From IMG/VR virus record IMGVR_UViG_2698536574_000031: 38,122 bases of DNA; one strand, given 5' to 3'. Below, one piece after another: positions 36,032-38,122 of the stretch (positions are counted from its first letter, which is position 1; every line of letters starts with the position of its first letter). The position numbers and the translations under genes were made by a program. Source of the DNA: a virus (Duplodnaviria; Heunggongvirae; Uroviricota; Caudoviricetes). A model generated the notes under the pieces. The model was not told the DNA's origin and did no database searches. It saw only the letters and a list, made by a program, of their open reading frames with translations.

Positions 36032-38122
36032 TCAGGCCAGCGGGTCATTTTCTTTTAATTTCGCTTCCAGCAACTGCAATCCCCGCTGGAAATTACGCTC
36101 GTATTCTTCATCAGGTTCATCGTCAGCGACCGGTTGCTGAACGGTCACCGTATTACCCACAGGGCGGTATATGTTTTCCAGCCAGGGCTCCTGCGGCTTG
36201 TGCTCCAGCACGTTGACAACCTCATCCTCGGCATCACGGATTTTTTCCTCTGCGCGTTTACGCATGCCTTTAAGGCGTTGCTGCTGTTTGTAGTATTCCG
36301 CGCTAACCGGGAAGGCTTCGCGTTTATTACCGTCCCATACCGCCTCGCAAATCACGCTGCCATCCAGGCGACGTACGGTAATTCGTTCGGCATCATGAAT
36401 GTCATAGCTGATAAGCACCTTACGACCATGCTCGTCACGCAGCTCGGGCGCGTAGTAAATATTATTCAGCCAGCGTATTTCACAGCGTCTTACAGGGCGT
36501 TCCACCATCGGCCGGAACATATCCCGCAGCTCAACATCGGACAGCCATTCAATTTCCGTGTCCTCTTCCGCCAGGCGTTTTTTTCTGAACTCCGCCGGGC
36601 TGTAATGCTTGCCGTTCGGCTTCACCGGTAATTCATCGTGCGGCCGGTTGTTGTACCACTCAACACCGTCACGAATGGCATCAATCAGTTCAGACCAGGA
36701 CGGTAAATCACGCATCGCTGACTGCTGCCGGGCGTTCAGCCGTTTGCCCTGTTGCAGGGCAGTAAATGCCGAGCGTAAATCGCGGTTGGTTTTGCGTAAC
36801 GTCTCGCGATCTGCACCTTTCCCGAAATAGGTGCGGTATTTACGGGCTATGCGCATCGGTAATGTGCGGTTAAGCCGTTCGATAATGCCTCGTCCCTGCG
36901 GATTACCGGCAATCCCGGTCGGGTGATTAATCCCCAGTCGCGGCAGTATCCCCACAACCTCCTTATCCAGGATGTCGGCGGTTTCCCCGGAGCCGTTATC
37001 CGAGTAATACAGAAACGGTTTGCCGTGATGGCGAATGCCGTGCTGTATGGCACCGGCTACGGCGAAAACATTTTCAGCCAGGTCAAGGCTCCAGCCCACC
37101 ACAAAGCGCGTGCCACCGTCGATAACAAAGGTCACTTCCGGTGCAAATGGCCGACCGTGAACCGGGTGTGCGCATTTCATCTTCATGCCGTGACCGTCAC
37201 CAATCCAGACATAATTCACCGGCATTCTGGACCAGTCGCGGCGCGTGAATCCCTCAAGCTGACGGTATTCACTGCCTGTCACCCGGCCTTTTTGTTTCAC
37301 CACTTCCGGCAGTTTCTTCATTGCGCGGCGAATGGTGTCATAAGAGGGCATGATATCGAGCATATAAGGCTCATCAGCGTGCCGGAGCCGCCATTCAGCA
37401 ACAAAATCCTCGTAAGCCTCGGTCATTGGTCGGCCGTTTGACTGGCGATACTGCGCCAGAAATTCGGGCAGCCAGTTAATATCTTCGGCTTTTATTTCCT
37501 GGCGTTTACCCGGTGCCAGTAAAAGCAGGCGTTCAGCGGCGTTCTGTGCCTTGTTAAAGGCCGCAATCCATCGCTTCAGCGTGATTTCACTCAACGCACG
37601 GCTGTTTCCCTTTTTGGCGTTCGCCGTCTCAACCATTGCCACAATGCGCTCGTCCAGCTGTGAACGTGCCAGGTTGTCAACGATAAACCGGATAGCCTTC
37701 GCGCAGCTGAAACCGGGTTGTTGCGCGACTTTCATCACTTCGCTGACGATCGCGATTCGTGCATCAGCCACCTGGCGCTGGTTTTCAGTCAGGGCATTGA
37801 GGCGTTCGACCATCAGTTGTGGTGATCCGCGATATGCCTCCACCGCATCAACCACGTCAGATGAGCGTCTGGCCTTTGTCACCACCGGAGCCGGTGATTC
37901 ATCGGCTTTTTGCGTCATCAGTTGCAGGGCATAACGTTCACGTAATGCCTGCTGCGTCACTTCAGGTAAACAGTCGATGCTGTATTCAGTTGCTTTAGAG
38001 CCTGAGCGACGACGGGAACAACAGCTTTTCCCTTGTACGTAACGTTGTAATGCCTGGCGAATACCTTTTGTTGTAGCAGGCATTCCGGGCGCGCCAATCA
38101 GTTCTTTTGCAATGACATACAT
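36032..38122 (-). CDS. A: MuA-like DDE transposase; start codon at the window edge
   Basis: 696 aa; N-terminal end-binding region MYVIAKELIGAPGMPATTKGIRQALQ aligns with the recalled start of MuA; central retroviral-integrase-like catalytic core. Confidence 0.9.
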   Translation of the reverse strand: MYVIAKELIGAPGMPATTKGIRQALQRYVQGKSCCSRRRSGSKATEYSIDCLPEVTQQALRERYALQLMTQKADESPAPVVTKARRSSDVVDAVEAYRGSPQLMVERLNALTENQRQVADARIAIVSEVMKVAQQPGFSCAKAIRFIVDNLARSQLDERIVAMVETANAKKGNSRALSEITLKRWIAAFNKAQNAAERLLLLAPGKRQEIKAEDINWLPEFLAQYRQSNGRPMTEAYEDFVAEWRLRHADEPYMLDIMPSYDTIRRAMKKLPEVVKQKGRVTGSEYRQLEGFTRRDWSRMPVNYVWIGDGHGMKMKCAHPVHGRPFAPEVTFVIDGGTRFVVGWSLDLAENVFAVAGAIQHGIRHHGKPFLYYSDNGSGETADILDKEVVGILPRLGINHPTGIAGNPQGRGIIERLNRTLPMRIARKYRTYFGKGADRETLRKTNRDLRSAFTALQQGKRLNARQQSAMRDLPSWSELIDAIRDGVEWYNNRPHDELPVKPNGKHYSPAEFRKKRLAEEDTEIEWLSDVELRDMFRPMVERPVRRCEIRWLNNIYYAPELRDEHGRKVLISYDIHDAERITVRRLDGSVICEAVWDGNKREAFPVSAEYYKQQQRLKGMRKRAEEKIRDAEDEVVNVLEHKPQEPWLENIYRPVGNTVTVQQPVADDEPDEEYERNFQRGLQLLEAKLKENDPLA

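Overview
The window is almost entirely one Mu-like transposable prophage, read on the minus strand from the transposase at the right edge to a com/methyltransferase module at the left edge. Reading right to left: MuA-like DDE transposase (36032..38122), MuB-like AAA+ target activator (35028..35960), a compact early operon of small mostly unknown genes including a Gam homologue and a lower-GC accessory block (28873..35031), a single Mor/C-family activator, then lysis genes (SAR endolysin, overlapping spanins), terminase, portal, head and contractile-tail/baseplate genes in Mu order. Near the left end, a Gin-type serine invertase sits beside a 1.43 kb invertible segment bounded by two gix-like inverted sites inside the tail-fibre gene; the segment carries two alternative tail-fibre C-terminal cassettes and a single tail-fibre assembly gene. 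Left of gin, where Mu carries com-mom, this element instead has a 679-aa SGNH/NanS-like esterase, three small ORFs, and a Com-like zinc-finger gene overlapping the GTG start of a complete C5 cytosine DNA methyltransferase. Other notable signals are a perfect (GGCTTC)x11 microsatellite coding an (EA)n tract in a head-region gene, clustered GATC palindromes upstream of com, and several hairpins. The prophage ends, repressor and ner lie outside the window. All calls rest on reading the translations, motifs and synteny by eye; no database search was run.
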